Virus record (IMG/VR): IMGVR_UViG_3300023174_000065
Origin: a virus
Strand: one strand, 5' to 3'
Length of the DNA stretch: 64,000 nucleotides
The translations under genes and the position numbers were made by a program. Position 1 is the first letter of the stretch. Every line of letters starts with the position of its first letter. Positions 42,501-49,878 of the stretch are shown one piece after another. The notes beneath the pieces were generated by a model that saw nothing but the letters and a program-made list of their open reading frames with translations, did no database searches and was not told the origin of the DNA.

Positions 42501-43988
42501 GTTTACCGTAACAAAGTTAACTTCAAAAATCTTACCACGAGTTAAAGGATCTTTGTCTGCATTAAAAATTACTCTAAAACCAGGTTCAACCATTACTTGA
42601 TCAATATAAAATCCAGGACTATTTGCAAATGCCGAAAGAGCATCAACTGTAATCGTATCAATAAGATCAACTGTTTGTTTAGTAGTTGCACCAAAATTAT
42701 AAAGTCTTAATCCAGAAACAAATTCAATAATAGGACGCCTTGCTTGTTGAAGAGAAGAATATTCTGGTTGAACTCCGTTAGCAAGAGCAGTGGATTTAAT
42801 CACGTCAATATGAACCCAACGATTATATCGACTCCATGAATTTCTATCGGGACTTGCTCGATTGATTGTAATATATTCAGGCAAAAGAGGAACATAACTA
42901 AAATCATCAAATGGATATTGATCAAATGGAGTAGCATCAAAGTTAACATTCAAATTAGTAGTAGATATTCCAACAGTCTTTAGTTCGTTATAAGGAACAA
43001 GAGTGATATATGTACCAACTCCCTCTACTATGAAATCATTTTCTGCATATTCTTCAGGCATAACATTGCCAGCAAATCTAACTTTCATGCCATTTGAGAA
43101 TTCTACGCCGCCGATAGACGAATAAGTCTTTTTGCCTATAATATCAGCAGAAACATCTAAGATTGAATTTTCTATTGCGCGCTTTACTACAATTTGTCCA
43201 ACGCCGTAGAGATTTCCTTCTGGAAAATAAAATAAATTATCAGGAGTAGTGTCATCAATTGTTAAAATAAGTCTACCTTGTTTAACACCCTGATTGGTAG
43301 CTCCTCTATATAGACCAACTTCTCCAGGAACATATCCGGTTTTTATATAAAATGGATAGTCACTGTTAACATCAAATACATAGGTAGATCCTCTATATAA
43401 AGTTAACAAAGGAGATGTTGATAGACCATCTGGAGTAAAAATCAAACTTTTACCATCAACTGAATCAGTTACTGCGTAGGAACTAATAGTCGATGCTTGC
43501 TGACCTGCAATTTCAATAGTGTCTGGACCATTTGGTAACCAGTAGTATTGTCCGTAATTAATAAATTTATCCCAATCTATACACGGATCATATGAGAACG
43601 ATTTTGGCCTAAATAGTCTATCTAGGTTAGATACCTTGGATCCATTAAATTTCAATTCATTAATTAAATCATCATATGTAGATGAATATGTTATATTCAA
43701 ATTTGGATCTTTTATAACAAGAGACGGCTCTAATTGATAGCTATTTCTTAATGTGCCATTAGAATCGAGGTATATATCTTTTGCAGGATCATAATTTAAA
43801 CTGAGCTTGCTTCCAACAAATCCATCGAGTCGTTCTAACTGTGGCTCTTGAATAAATTGATCAAGTGTACTCGCTAAAAATTTTGCATTTTTATCTGTTT
43901 TATGATATCCCGGCAACAGATCAACAGTCCTACGTACATTTGAAGGATTGTTTATATCCACTGGATTAATAAATTCTTTATTGGCCAT
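30600..43988 (-). CDS. Giant (4462 aa) baseplate wedge-associated structural protein
   Basis: Uninterrupted 13.4-kb ORF downstream of gp6; FG-GAP-like repeats, CBM-like W..Y..G..V motifs, GSGY...PTV repeats. Confidence 0.8.
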   Translation of the reverse strand: MANKEFINPVDINNPSNVRRTVDLLPGYHKTDKNAKFLASTLDQFIQEPQLERLDGFVGSKLSLNYDPAKDIYLDSNGTLRNSYQLEPSLVIKDPNLNITYSSTYDDLINELKFNGSKVSNLDRLFRPKSFSYDPCIDWDKFINYGQYYWLPNGPDTIEIAGQQASTISSYAVTDSVDGKSLIFTPDGLSTSPLLTLYRGSTYVFDVNSDYPFYIKTGYVPGEVGLYRGATNQGVKQGRLILTIDDTTPDNLFYFPEGNLYGVGQIVVKRAIENSILDVSADIIGKKTYSSIGGVEFSNGMKVRFAGNVMPEEYAENDFIVEGVGTYITLVPYNELKTVGISTTNLNVNFDATPFDQYPFDDFSYVPLLPEYITINRASPDRNSWSRYNRWVHIDVIKSTALANGVQPEYSSLQQARRPIIEFVSGLRLYNFGATTKQTVDLIDTITVDALSAFANSPGFYIDQVMVEPGFRVIFNADKDPLTRGKIFEVNFVTVNGKQVVDLVETLDTVSEYNSSLVVLRGETYKGTNWWFNGNEWTYSQQRLALNQFPKFDVFDDDGISFSDQTVYNSTFRGTNVFSYAVDTNNSKDAILNFPLKYKNIANQGDYLFNNDFMTDTFALSVNNQIEDRMVAGNYLKITYADGTESFLDVWTEQSELHIPIIQYQVIDSEIIYVQIIAIDEPGYTPDLEIDLYVNDVKKRRYIDFRIARDSERAYVVVENSFSVNDRVLIKLFTEKPSNDHGYYEIPSNLTDNPLNGPIGNFTYAELSDHVRTIAYNSPEFIGVFPGNGNLRDLSNVGKYGSKLVSHSNPMSFAHYFLGTKQHSIIDSVRQVAQDYNQFKSNLLRSITDLRNSYDLFPRDILDLAISSLNLVKDNSVSYNFSDMIAYGKNHSDRSYTVTDSRNKIYSLESIFDNTVLSERSILIYLNDVLLISGRDYIIDRFSASFTIKVPLSSGDIILVSDYSSTVGNFVPPTPTKLGLYPKYTPAKFYDDTYVGDPRLVIQGHDGSITLAFGDYRDDVLLEFEIRVYNNIKTDYKRHLIDINSIIPGAFRTTDYSINEITDIITPDILKWAGNFGVDYQTNNTFDQLDTFTFNYSGMIDGIHKRRMPGHWRAIYKFFYDTDRPHTHPWEMLGFTEKPEWWNTEYGPSPYTRGNTILWNDLESGKIASGDRAGTHSLYSRPGLSNFIPVDDSGNLLSPTDTGLVTTAIINPGDPKRIINIRSINIDSDWIVGDQGPAETSWRKSSYWPFIYQIVAALTKPADYAAFMFDPDRLIANKFNQYKYGKSHQFLNLSKVSLYRDVVNGTRVLASGYSVFVIERGLMNDAKYLTSLKNDLSNVTYNLMVKLGGFVSKDKLQISIDSIDPTSPYPGVLLPSEDYQIFFNQSSPIQTLGISGIIVQKTLTGFSVRGYDKYEPFFTVFEPVPVATDRLEVSGGRSENFVNWQANSIYDLGQIVFYMDRYYRSKQKHNSGVDFVMSYYQSLPYLPMIGGISVSTRSLFSDTAKNVPYGTTFETIQEVYDFIIGYGRWLVSKGFIFDDFVNDLGEISDWTLSAKEFLFWTTQNWTTNSVITLSPFANKLNFYSNTGIVDNILNKFYEYSLLRADGSPFLQNRFTLIRSDGNFTISTVNATDGIYFAKLNLVQKEHALIFNNYSLFNDVIYDIETGYRQRRVKLQGFRTKNWNGDFFSPGFIFDRATIVDWEKFTSYEIGQVVRFSGNYYSATKSVQGSQSFDLTSWTLLSSKPESTLYPNFDYKINQFEDFYSLDIDNFDAGQQRMAQHLVGYLPRPYLNNIIGNSVAEYKFYQGYIREKGTKNPLIKLSKSTLINDSGSIDFNEEWAFRIGYYGGFNTYQELETPLDPTKFIENPQIIGFVNTIPTDVADSIYYKDINDVIISPDNFDIEQAFPTLTTSTVYTDFEIPVAGYPRFDDISLTAFNKNSILDISNNAALTDGTAIWLGYTESRDWDVLRYTKVATKIIAAEIYISGQETAFVTSRPHLLNTNDIVSITGIAVDVDRCYVVARIISPTEFTVFSVLFELPVLPDFLGGLLHTFKSSRMSDLNWSATNSLSYDTDRRIGELMWIDDKGDGNWAVYQKIDNFTTVTSVISAPAPDITSQQYGYKIVQNVNTTTIIVSSPTYKETIYGYTGRISVLTRNADSNPRFNFSYSINKDNITYYDGTETSFFGEAVAFDSGISLVIAGASGASSVKSTLTNTVVNPASGISNQFVNQGVVKLSIINENGRTETTATVITTPNPENNTRFGKSLAYSTQTSKLIVGSPGYANGIGAIYRYTVGVTTSVNVTYSSRTSPSISTGSNFGTNIAANWNNSIVAVTAPGINNTLGSTGAVFVYRENSTTNVLEQLKIISGDSSELPVTFGASDNFGSTIKLTKDGKFLFIGTQNYNDSARGNNTGVVDIFMWTGTNYSFNQRLDSPFEFGKLEFGYDIALDETETELVISTKNSIYSGTTTYDRNSTRLGSTIANSLYGTIYVNDPTSPVRNSTTDFDTGTTTFYDVVYDVGTVHVYYKYGEFWTYAQELPSSSVNLGSSFGSGLSVTSKTICVGAPSLLSSYNQGRGQVYIYDRKEVSVNAWKLLRQNSPLVDLTLVKKASTIDSKTQQVKDYLDIIDPVKGDILATAKQELKFITPYDPAIYSIGIDSTNVDTNSNWLDEHVGELWWDLSNVKFVWYEQGELEYRKNNWNRLFPGCTIDVYEWVKSEFLPIEWSTFADTADGLARGISGQPKFATNTVMSVKQVYNSVSNSFSNVYYYWVKNKNILPDNVHNRKLTAFSVASQIADPVGSGIKSIAILGPTSAMISNIKPALVSNNVNLNITFDYTRNSANRHTEWLLLQENDPNSKPNALLEKKLIDSLIGHDEIGNAVPFPNLPEKVRYGLGIRPQQSLFKYPLEAMRNIMEFSNTILASLLITDKINFGNLESKDHIPAAASYDLLVEDIYALELVNVKSIKSADIRPIIDLNGKISSVVIVDPGSDYRVSPTLVITGDGTGAEIIVPEKDGIDESGRVVRVSIINPGSQYTYATITVRPFTVVVQTDSTVNGKWAVYEWDVERQRWNKSRTQEYDTTQYWKYIDWMSPNYNSRMEISAKISSTFALDAWESLDIGSYIKVENGGDGRYLILERTAGTGGTFDDNWNIVYSQNGTIQFLEPLWNLSGSLYAWDQRAGFDQTQFDQSPSKEIFYAVTALKDDIFVGNLKIYWNQLFFKAVRYAMTEQKNLDWAFKTTFISVINNLGSLDQRHSYKLQNSKNYENFLKEIKPYHTKIRKFVEAYTSTEFTQSFTTDFDLPVYYNTSTSNFTNVDFGNKKLLQYPWKSWFENHTHGIESITVFDGGSGYNAVPTISIIAAANDTGYGATAIAYVALGKITDIIVTNPGNGYTVAPTVVINGGGNGALTPARVYARLGKSPVRTNTVALKFDRVTGQREIGTSTWTDSFVAIDNQVSFDLTWVPILNKADIDLYVNDTLQLYDSYTIEYRKEKFNNSYTKSYAVLKLQYIPNKFDRIRISYLKNLSFYTAVDRIEYYYQPTAGMPGKDPEQLMSGVAYDGLSIETLPFDFSNGWDMLPFGTTTWDNYSLESGYISYSTNSTSTQTFVLTDTIISTGTRVNVYLNKTRIDGTGSAIVPTIIGIGSGAIDNIEVTVSGSGYVSSLTTVTISSPNSISGTAATATAILNVLGQITGIELQNSGRGYTSTPVVTITGPSTIQAYARAVIKSEFTTTVSATTQTVITIPSSAFLTTSTLIEFRHSDSDGTLQIYDIERSLDSVINGGNMAYTTALGLTPSEIILDGGSTSTRFMTGMIDDGFLNSYNSPAPEECVPGQIMESVGISLYTQSPLVQPNIVNKLYTVNGSTSTYSLGLKPTNIDSVIAVFNNRKLNKNEYVIDFTNNTFRFTSTTPGLGALSLTSIHAGTISLIDYNVETFSAPGGKYSPPVLFDAIGSAGSSTYVTINGIPAIFGVDYSLVDNLNTPEFTFFSAGTIQSYLFSAPIKAISEITEQVYVAYTATTVISLTNPPGKLAPYHSQVIVTNNGLRLNPPVTSYYQVVNGQLVYNISESYTFKSRTIALNDLEVYINGDISTVSGIWKLNQNKNTIKFAENSLIDGDVIAIVVKKNHDYLVQDDKLILTYATQQYDEFRITTFTNHDPNFIRTERFIGHATGEYRLQRPVLNSAYVWVSVNGKPMALGVDYTVDADGYTVIINSGISQTQDISVVITSFADLVNTLSGYRIFRDLLGRTHYKALRGKNTVVLAENLYSTSTYIAVSYTHSLSPPNKLENRPGVILVDGERIEFFEINENRLTQIRRGTLGTSPRRVHKAGTEVIDQGTAQTLGFTDVTQTFSTSTTLSTDYYLSNFYFDDTASYTDQVEVRYQGRLLLKPGQSTIKHDFDKSYDSSELSDIVLTSQYDISTTTNILTLNFIPVVGARLDVTKRTSKQWYIGNVLQEGSDEIIDLVI

Positions 43989-43990
43989 TA

Positions 43991-46900
43991 TTAATTGCTC
44001 ACATTCGTATTGTTTATAATTGGAGAGATAGCGTTAATTTGATTTGATGTAACAGCATCAATGATATCAATGTCATTGATTGTTGCTCCACTTATTAATA
44101 TCTCATTTGACTGGCATGATATTTCAAACAAACTTCCAAATGGTAAACTAGGATTTTTAGGAGTTATGATGAAGTTAATGATATCAGGAGATACATATAC
44201 CATCACAAACGCAGACAGTTCCGTAAAGTTAAAGGTTTGTCCAAAATTCCAATTTTCCACTCTAAAAAAAGTATCTATTGCATAAATTATTCTAGATTTT
44301 AAATAGTTATCACTTGTAATTCTTTCAGGATTGCGGACGGCTTTAAATGTTGCCTGTAAATTAGGCGAAGCTGTACTACCAAATAATATTTTATAATTTG
44401 CAGGATGATATACCAATGTATCAGATATCGACTTTATAGGATCCAATATCGTCGAAAAATCATTTTCCAAGCTTTGACTAGTTGGCGCAGGTGGCATCAT
44501 TGCACCATTTACTAGATATTGACGGAATGCAGTGTCATAACTGGCTGTTAATACGTAGACATCAATAATATTACTTTTACTAGGGTCAATTCGTCGTTCT
44601 TCGCCACTATTGTGCATATAGTGAAATTTAATACCAGATCTACCAGGTCTAGCAAAATAGGTGTTGTTTAATATAAAAGATCCTGAGGCATCATATTCTT
44701 GAATCACATCAATGTCGTAAAAATAGTAAAGTTTTCCTACAACCGGTGAATTGACTTCATCAGAATTTTTGTACGAGGTTATCAAACTCTGGTCGCTTAA
44801 TAATTCATATCTACTACCATCTGATAATATTTTAAAATAAACAAATTTATCACGAGTTTTATTAGGATCAACTATATCAATAAATGCATCAGGAGTATCT
44901 ATTTGTCCGTCATTATTGGCATCATAGAAACTCACAATTACCTTTTTAGGTTCAATATATCCATCGGGTTCAATTATAGTACTTTCTATTTGCCAGCGAT
45001 AGTCCATACTGAGCCCTAGCGTTGATGTTGATACGTTTGAATTAACTGCCAATACATCAATCTGATCTTTAATTAATGTCCGAGTGACGTAGTCATAGTT
45101 GACATTATTATAATCAACAAAAAATGCAGTTTGATTAGCACTTTCAAATATATATTCCAATAGTCTATGAGTTACAGTATAACCCGTTCCATTCCACTCA
45201 AATGCAATCATCCAGCTAGAATCTTTTTGAGAATTTGTAACATCTTTTTGATAAATCAACGAAAATGCATTAACTAAATCCAGATTACTTTCTAGAATAA
45301 CAAACCACTGCCTAGAAAGTCTATCAAAACTCAGTCCAAAGTTTCTTTGTACCATGCAAAGATTTGAAATTTGTGTTTCAAACGCATAATTAAAAACACT
45401 CACGAATGCCGGAATAACTTCTATCATCTTGGCAGAAGTGGGTATTTTTCCAGACAGGATAATTGGTCCCGTCCCATCGTTTAGTTTACCTTTGCCGGAA
45501 TTTGCACCATCTCCAATAACTTGAATTACCTTGGACCAAACATATGTAGGTGTTCTATTAGGTTCAGATACAGTAGGAGGAGTTATATTAAATTTAATCA
45601 ATGCTCCGGTGGTTATGTAAATGGCACTACTAGAGCCAAAATATCCAACCGGTACCGGAATAGAAGTTGCGGTGTTACTTATATATCCAGTTGTCTGATT
45701 AGGCAAATTGGTAACAGCCTCCCATGCGTATGTGAAGGATTCTAAATTAGGCCGAGAATAGTTTTCATAATAGAAGTTTCTAAAACTACCAGATGCAACA
45801 ATTGGCTCAATTCTTTCTTTTATCACTGCGAATACTTGATTTCTAGTGGTAAACTTAAAAGTAAATGATACCTTTTTATTTTCTTTGTAGAGAATTCCAT
45901 CATGTGCAAAAATGTCAGTGTTTGAATATCTACCACTAATGTCTGACAATTCAAAATACTTGGATATTCCACTAGAAACACGGTTGATACTGGTGACCTT
46001 CAGTACATTATTACTGGCACTAAGAGGACCAATGGAATAATCTTCCGCTGTTATCATTCTATTTTGTAGATAATAATTTTGAGGAGCATTAGTTTTAATG
46101 TTATCAATTGTCTCCGAATTACTACTGTTTGACACTGTATTTTGAAGAGACAGAGTTAATGTTAATTGATGTGTTGCACCCATTTTGTTAGTATATGGAA
46201 TATTAACATTGATGCCAGACATCTGATCAGGAGTAATTGAATAATTCTGTCCGTTACTTTGCCTATAAAATACTACAAAGTCACCTTTAGGCAAATTACC
46301 AAAGCTACCATCAGCAAAATTTAAATCTATCTGATCATTATTTCTACTAGTAACCGAGTATATCGTTCGTATGTTTTTAGAAATATTGTTATATACCACA
46401 TTGTTACCAACTAGTCCATCGACTCGTGTCCATAATGTATCATAAGATCCGTTTGTGCCCAATTGCCATAGCCAAACATCATCATTATTGACACCGTTTG
46501 CATTTATTCCAATAATTTCGTTTGGCACAGGCGCAGGTACACTGAATACACTCGATGACATTGATCCCTGTCTAAAATAGACAAAGAATCCAGTATTAGC
46601 TGATCCAGTACCTTGATTGTCGTTTTGATACACCAATGAAAATGCTGCACCTGGACGAGGTGTTTGTTCATATATGTAATTTTTGCCAGTAAACGCAGCG
46701 CCAGTGATTTCAAATGTCATCTGTGTTCCATTTATGGACTTTGATAGACTGTAAATTGAAAGATCATCTGTTCGACTATTAAATCTATATTGTTCCGCAC
46801 TAATGCCATTTAATGTGGCAGTATCATCGGGAAGTCCAAAGACTGATCCTGGAGTCATAGCAGAATTCATGATGTTAATAAATTGCTGATACCAATTATT

Positions 46901-47344
46901 ATTAGAAGAATCATTCCATGCAACTACTTGATTTGCCAGATTAATACCGTTAGAATCTATGATATTATCAGTTGTTCTAATCGAAGTTATTTTCAATAAA
47001 CCACTTGCCGGAATATTTCTCTTGGGATTATAGCTAATCAATTGAGCCAATCGAAGTACGCTATCTTTTCGTTGAGCAGTCTCTAGAAAATTTTCCCGAG
47101 CATTGAGATCAACTCGAAAGCTTAGATTTTGGCCAACATACGCAATAAGATCAACCAATGCTATATATTCACTAGAATTTATATAGTCATTAAACTCTTC
47201 AGGATAAGTTTCCTGAAGATATGCAATCATGGTCCTACGAAGAGTATCAAAATCGTAGCTTTGAAAATCAGCATTACTAGAGTTTTGATAAAGTTTAGTC
47301 CAAGTCTCTGCAACGAGTAATTGTGCTTTAGTTGAGGGTATCAT
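43991..47344 (-). CDS. gp6: Baseplate wedge subunit (T4 gp6-like)
   Basis: DLIAYVG...ENFLETA..DSVLRLAQLISYNPKR; FADG..G; ETIDNIKTNAP..Y..QNRMITAEDY. Confidence 0.85.
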   Translation of the reverse strand: MIPSTKAQLLVAETWTKLYQNSSNADFQSYDFDTLRRTMIAYLQETYPEEFNDYINSSEYIALVDLIAYVGQNLSFRVDLNARENFLETAQRKDSVLRLAQLISYNPKRNIPASGLLKITSIRTTDNIIDSNGINLANQVVAWNDSSNNNWYQQFINIMNSAMTPGSVFGLPDDTATLNGISAEQYRFNSRTDDLSIYSLSKSINGTQMTFEITGAAFTGKNYIYEQTPRPGAAFSLVYQNDNQGTGSANTGFFVYFRQGSMSSSVFSVPAPVPNEIIGINANGVNNDDVWLWQLGTNGSYDTLWTRVDGLVGNNVVYNNISKNIRTIYSVTSRNNDQIDLNFADGSFGNLPKGDFVVFYRQSNGQNYSITPDQMSGINVNIPYTNKMGATHQLTLTLSLQNTVSNSSNSETIDNIKTNAPQNYYLQNRMITAEDYSIGPLSASNNVLKVTSINRVSSGISKYFELSDISGRYSNTDIFAHDGILYKENKKVSFTFKFTTRNQVFAVIKERIEPIVASGSFRNFYYENYSRPNLESFTYAWEAVTNLPNQTTGYISNTATSIPVPVGYFGSSSAIYITTGALIKFNITPPTVSEPNRTPTYVWSKVIQVIGDGANSGKGKLNDGTGPIILSGKIPTSAKMIEVIPAFVSVFNYAFETQISNLCMVQRNFGLSFDRLSRQWFVILESNLDLVNAFSLIYQKDVTNSQKDSSWMIAFEWNGTGYTVTHRLLEYIFESANQTAFFVDYNNVNYDYVTRTLIKDQIDVLAVNSNVSTSTLGLSMDYRWQIESTIIEPDGYIEPKKVIVSFYDANNDGQIDTPDAFIDIVDPNKTRDKFVYFKILSDGSRYELLSDQSLITSYKNSDEVNSPVVGKLYYFYDIDVIQEYDASGSFILNNTYFARPGRSGIKFHYMHNSGEERRIDPSKSNIIDVYVLTASYDTAFRQYLVNGAMMPPAPTSQSLENDFSTILDPIKSISDTLVYHPANYKILFGSTASPNLQATFKAVRNPERITSDNYLKSRIIYAIDTFFRVENWNFGQTFNFTELSAFVMVYVSPDIINFIITPKNPSLPFGSLFEISCQSNEILISGATINDIDIIDAVTSNQINAISPIINNTNVSN

Positions 47345-47395
47345 ATGTTATATTTTCCTAGATAACATATTTATTGAATGGATTAACTATACATA

Positions 47396-47836
47396 TTATT
47401 GTCGTGTTACAGTTCCTGAATCTTTATTAAATCCAAGCTTCATGTCCTGTGTTAAATCTAACTGCTTGTAATAAAGAGTTGCCTCCAATAGAAGTCCATA
47501 TTCTGCTTCGGAAATGTTGACTCTAGTAGGCGCCACTCTAGGATCATAATTCAAAATATTAGTGATATCATCACTGATTCTCTGCTTAACATCATTTGTA
47601 AATGGTTCATAAATCATTTCCCAGATCATTGTACCAAATTGAGGATCCATGACTCTTTCACCTCTGCGAGTTTGAAAAATATTAATAATATCTTGTTGAA
47701 TTAGATCAAAGTCATATATTTTACTAGACAACCGAGTGCTATCAGCGGTGCTAAAGCCTTTATAAAATTGACTTTTTTGCACACTTTGCTGATTGCTTAT
47801 ATTGTTAGGAGTTATTATGATGTTTTTATAAGGCAT
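47396..47836 (-). CDS. gp25: Baseplate wedge subunit (gp25-like)
   Basis: TRRGERVMDPQFGT..W..IYEP and YDPRV motifs. Confidence 0.9.
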   Translation of the reverse strand: MPYKNIIITPNNISNQQSVQKSQFYKGFSTADSTRLSSKIYDFDLIQQDIINIFQTRRGERVMDPQFGTMIWEMIYEPFTNDVKQRISDDITNILNYDPRVAPTRVNISEAEYGLLLEATLYYKQLDLTQDMKLGFNKDSGTVTRQ

Positions 47837-47849
47837 ACATTATTTACTC

Positions 47850-49877
47850 TTAGGCTGATATCGTTCCGCCGCCCTGTTTATAATAGGTTTGAACGGCTTC
47901 TAGGGATTTTCCACCCTGATTATCTTTGTTGCCTGGTAAACTTGCCCATACACTGGAAACTTTTCTAGTGGCATTAGCTATTCTTCCAGCTTTAACATCA
48001 TCCAGTGCTCCCTTCTGTTGAATCAATAAAACAGCAGCTTTATCCTGACTAGCTGGACTAAAATCCTTCAATGAAAGAGCCTTTTTTACAGAATCCCATG
48101 TACTAGCTAAAAATTGATATGCGCCTGCTGCTGTTGAAGTTATTGGTCTTCCTTTGACCGATGCTGTATTCTTAATTCTAGGATGATCTGCAAATCCACT
48201 GAATGTTTTACCGGTAAACATGGTATTATATCCATTTGCACCGCTTGTACCCTCACATACCCTAATTGTCCACAAGAATGCCGCAATATTATCTTGCTCA
48301 ACATTCCCAGTTTTAGTAGGAGGCGTTCCAACTGACGGAGGCACGTTGTATTTGACTGACTGACTTCCTTCGCCAACACTAACGTCTAGATTCGCTGGAC
48401 TAAATTGATCAGGATTAATATTTTCATGATGATCCCATGGCTCATGCGTTGGCGCTCGCTTCATAATAGTAATCACATCTGCGGCCTTGTATAACTCTGC
48501 ATTTGCCCACCCCTGAGTACTATCACGATTAGGCAAATTAAAGACGGTCAGTGGCGAAGCCGACGAGGCAGAGGATGGACCAGTTGCAGACGCAGCTGGA
48601 GCACCGTTCATATCTATCATGCCAGCAGTTTCTTTATGATGTGAACTTGTAACATTTGAAGTGCCAGATGCACTGACTTTCCAGTCTCCTCCTGAACTCA
48701 TATTGAACTCGCCACCAGCACCTTCATAAATTGAAGACGCTAAAATGTGAATATCTCCATCCGCGGTTTGATACAAAGACGATCCAGTACGTATATTCAC
48801 ATCGGATTCAAAAGTCAACTGGCCTCCTGCGGAAACATTCAATACATAATCTTTTGCAACATCCATGTGATAAGTGCCGCCAACGGAAACATTCATGTTT
48901 CTTTTGCATTCTAGATTTATATCCCTGTCCGCTAGAAAATTAAAATCTTGTTGTGTGTGGATACTAACACTATCCTCTGCATACATATCAATTTTGCCGT
49001 TGGATGTCAATTCTATCCAGGCAGTTCCTTTACTATTTCCGATATATATTAAATCTGAGCTATTGTGTAATAGAATTTGATGACCTGTTCTTGTTCGAAT
49101 GCGTAATAATTCATTTTTTCCATCTCTATCGCCATCATCCATGACAAGCTGATGTCCACCAAGTCTACTTACCGGCAATAAAATGGTTCCAGCACCTGAA
49201 GTAAATCCTGCTGATTTAAGTGGAGAATTTACATCAATTGGTCCAGGAGTACTAATTCCAAATACCTGACTTGGAACTTCTCTTCTAGCACTACTAGATG
49301 TAACTCCACGAACATCATCAACTAATAAACCCTGTTGAACCAATCTATCGGCAAATGGATGTATCGGCTTGGTAAACGTGTCTGGAGTAGGATTGGATAA
49401 ATCACGAGTACTTTTTAGAAACTCTGCAACAGGAACATTTCTAGTATTGTATTGGCGTAATTGATCATCTGTCATTGCTGAATACTGACTAGCTGCTATT
49501 CCCGGTACCATGTGATTTTGATACATATCTGGTATGCAACCAATCCAATAGCCCTGATTTATATCACCTGCAATAAAAACGACTAGAACCGTACATCCGA
49601 TATCCGGTGGAACCATCCACATTCCATAGGATTTTTGAACATCATTAAAACTCGCAGAGTTATTACCTTCAAATTTACTAGATGTTGCTCCAAAAAATGG
49701 ACTACAATATCTTACAATTATATTGGAAGATTCAGTTTCTGCCAAACCAGGAATAGCTTTTAATAATTGAACTTGTAGAGATCCCATGAATGTAGTATCT
49801 AAGTGATTTGTAACTCTTGCAAGATATGGTCCTGGATTAATATGCGACCTATCAGAAGAGCGTGTATCAATTGCCAT
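47850..49877 (-). CDS. gp5: Baseplate central spike (gp5/VgrG-like) with C-terminal lambda-type lysozyme
   Basis: OB-fold PPDIGCTVLVVF..GD...YWIGC; beta-helix repeats; AFL..IR.CEGT...YN...STAAGAYQFL..TW...DFSPASQD. Confidence 0.85.
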   Translation of the reverse strand: MAIDTRSSDRSHINPGPYLARVTNHLDTTFMGSLQVQLLKAIPGLAETESSNIIVRYCSPFFGATSSKFEGNNSASFNDVQKSYGMWMVPPDIGCTVLVVFIAGDINQGYWIGCIPDMYQNHMVPGIAASQYSAMTDDQLRQYNTRNVPVAEFLKSTRDLSNPTPDTFTKPIHPFADRLVQQGLLVDDVRGVTSSSARREVPSQVFGISTPGPIDVNSPLKSAGFTSGAGTILLPVSRLGGHQLVMDDGDRDGKNELLRIRTRTGHQILLHNSSDLIYIGNSKGTAWIELTSNGKIDMYAEDSVSIHTQQDFNFLADRDINLECKRNMNVSVGGTYHMDVAKDYVLNVSAGGQLTFESDVNIRTGSSLYQTADGDIHILASSIYEGAGGEFNMSSGGDWKVSASGTSNVTSSHHKETAGMIDMNGAPAASATGPSSASSASPLTVFNLPNRDSTQGWANAELYKAADVITIMKRAPTHEPWDHHENINPDQFSPANLDVSVGEGSQSVKYNVPPSVGTPPTKTGNVEQDNIAAFLWTIRVCEGTSGANGYNTMFTGKTFSGFADHPRIKNTASVKGRPITSTAAGAYQFLASTWDSVKKALSLKDFSPASQDKAAVLLIQQKGALDDVKAGRIANATRKVSSVWASLPGNKDNQGGKSLEAVQTYYKQGGGTISA

Positions 49878-49878
49878 A

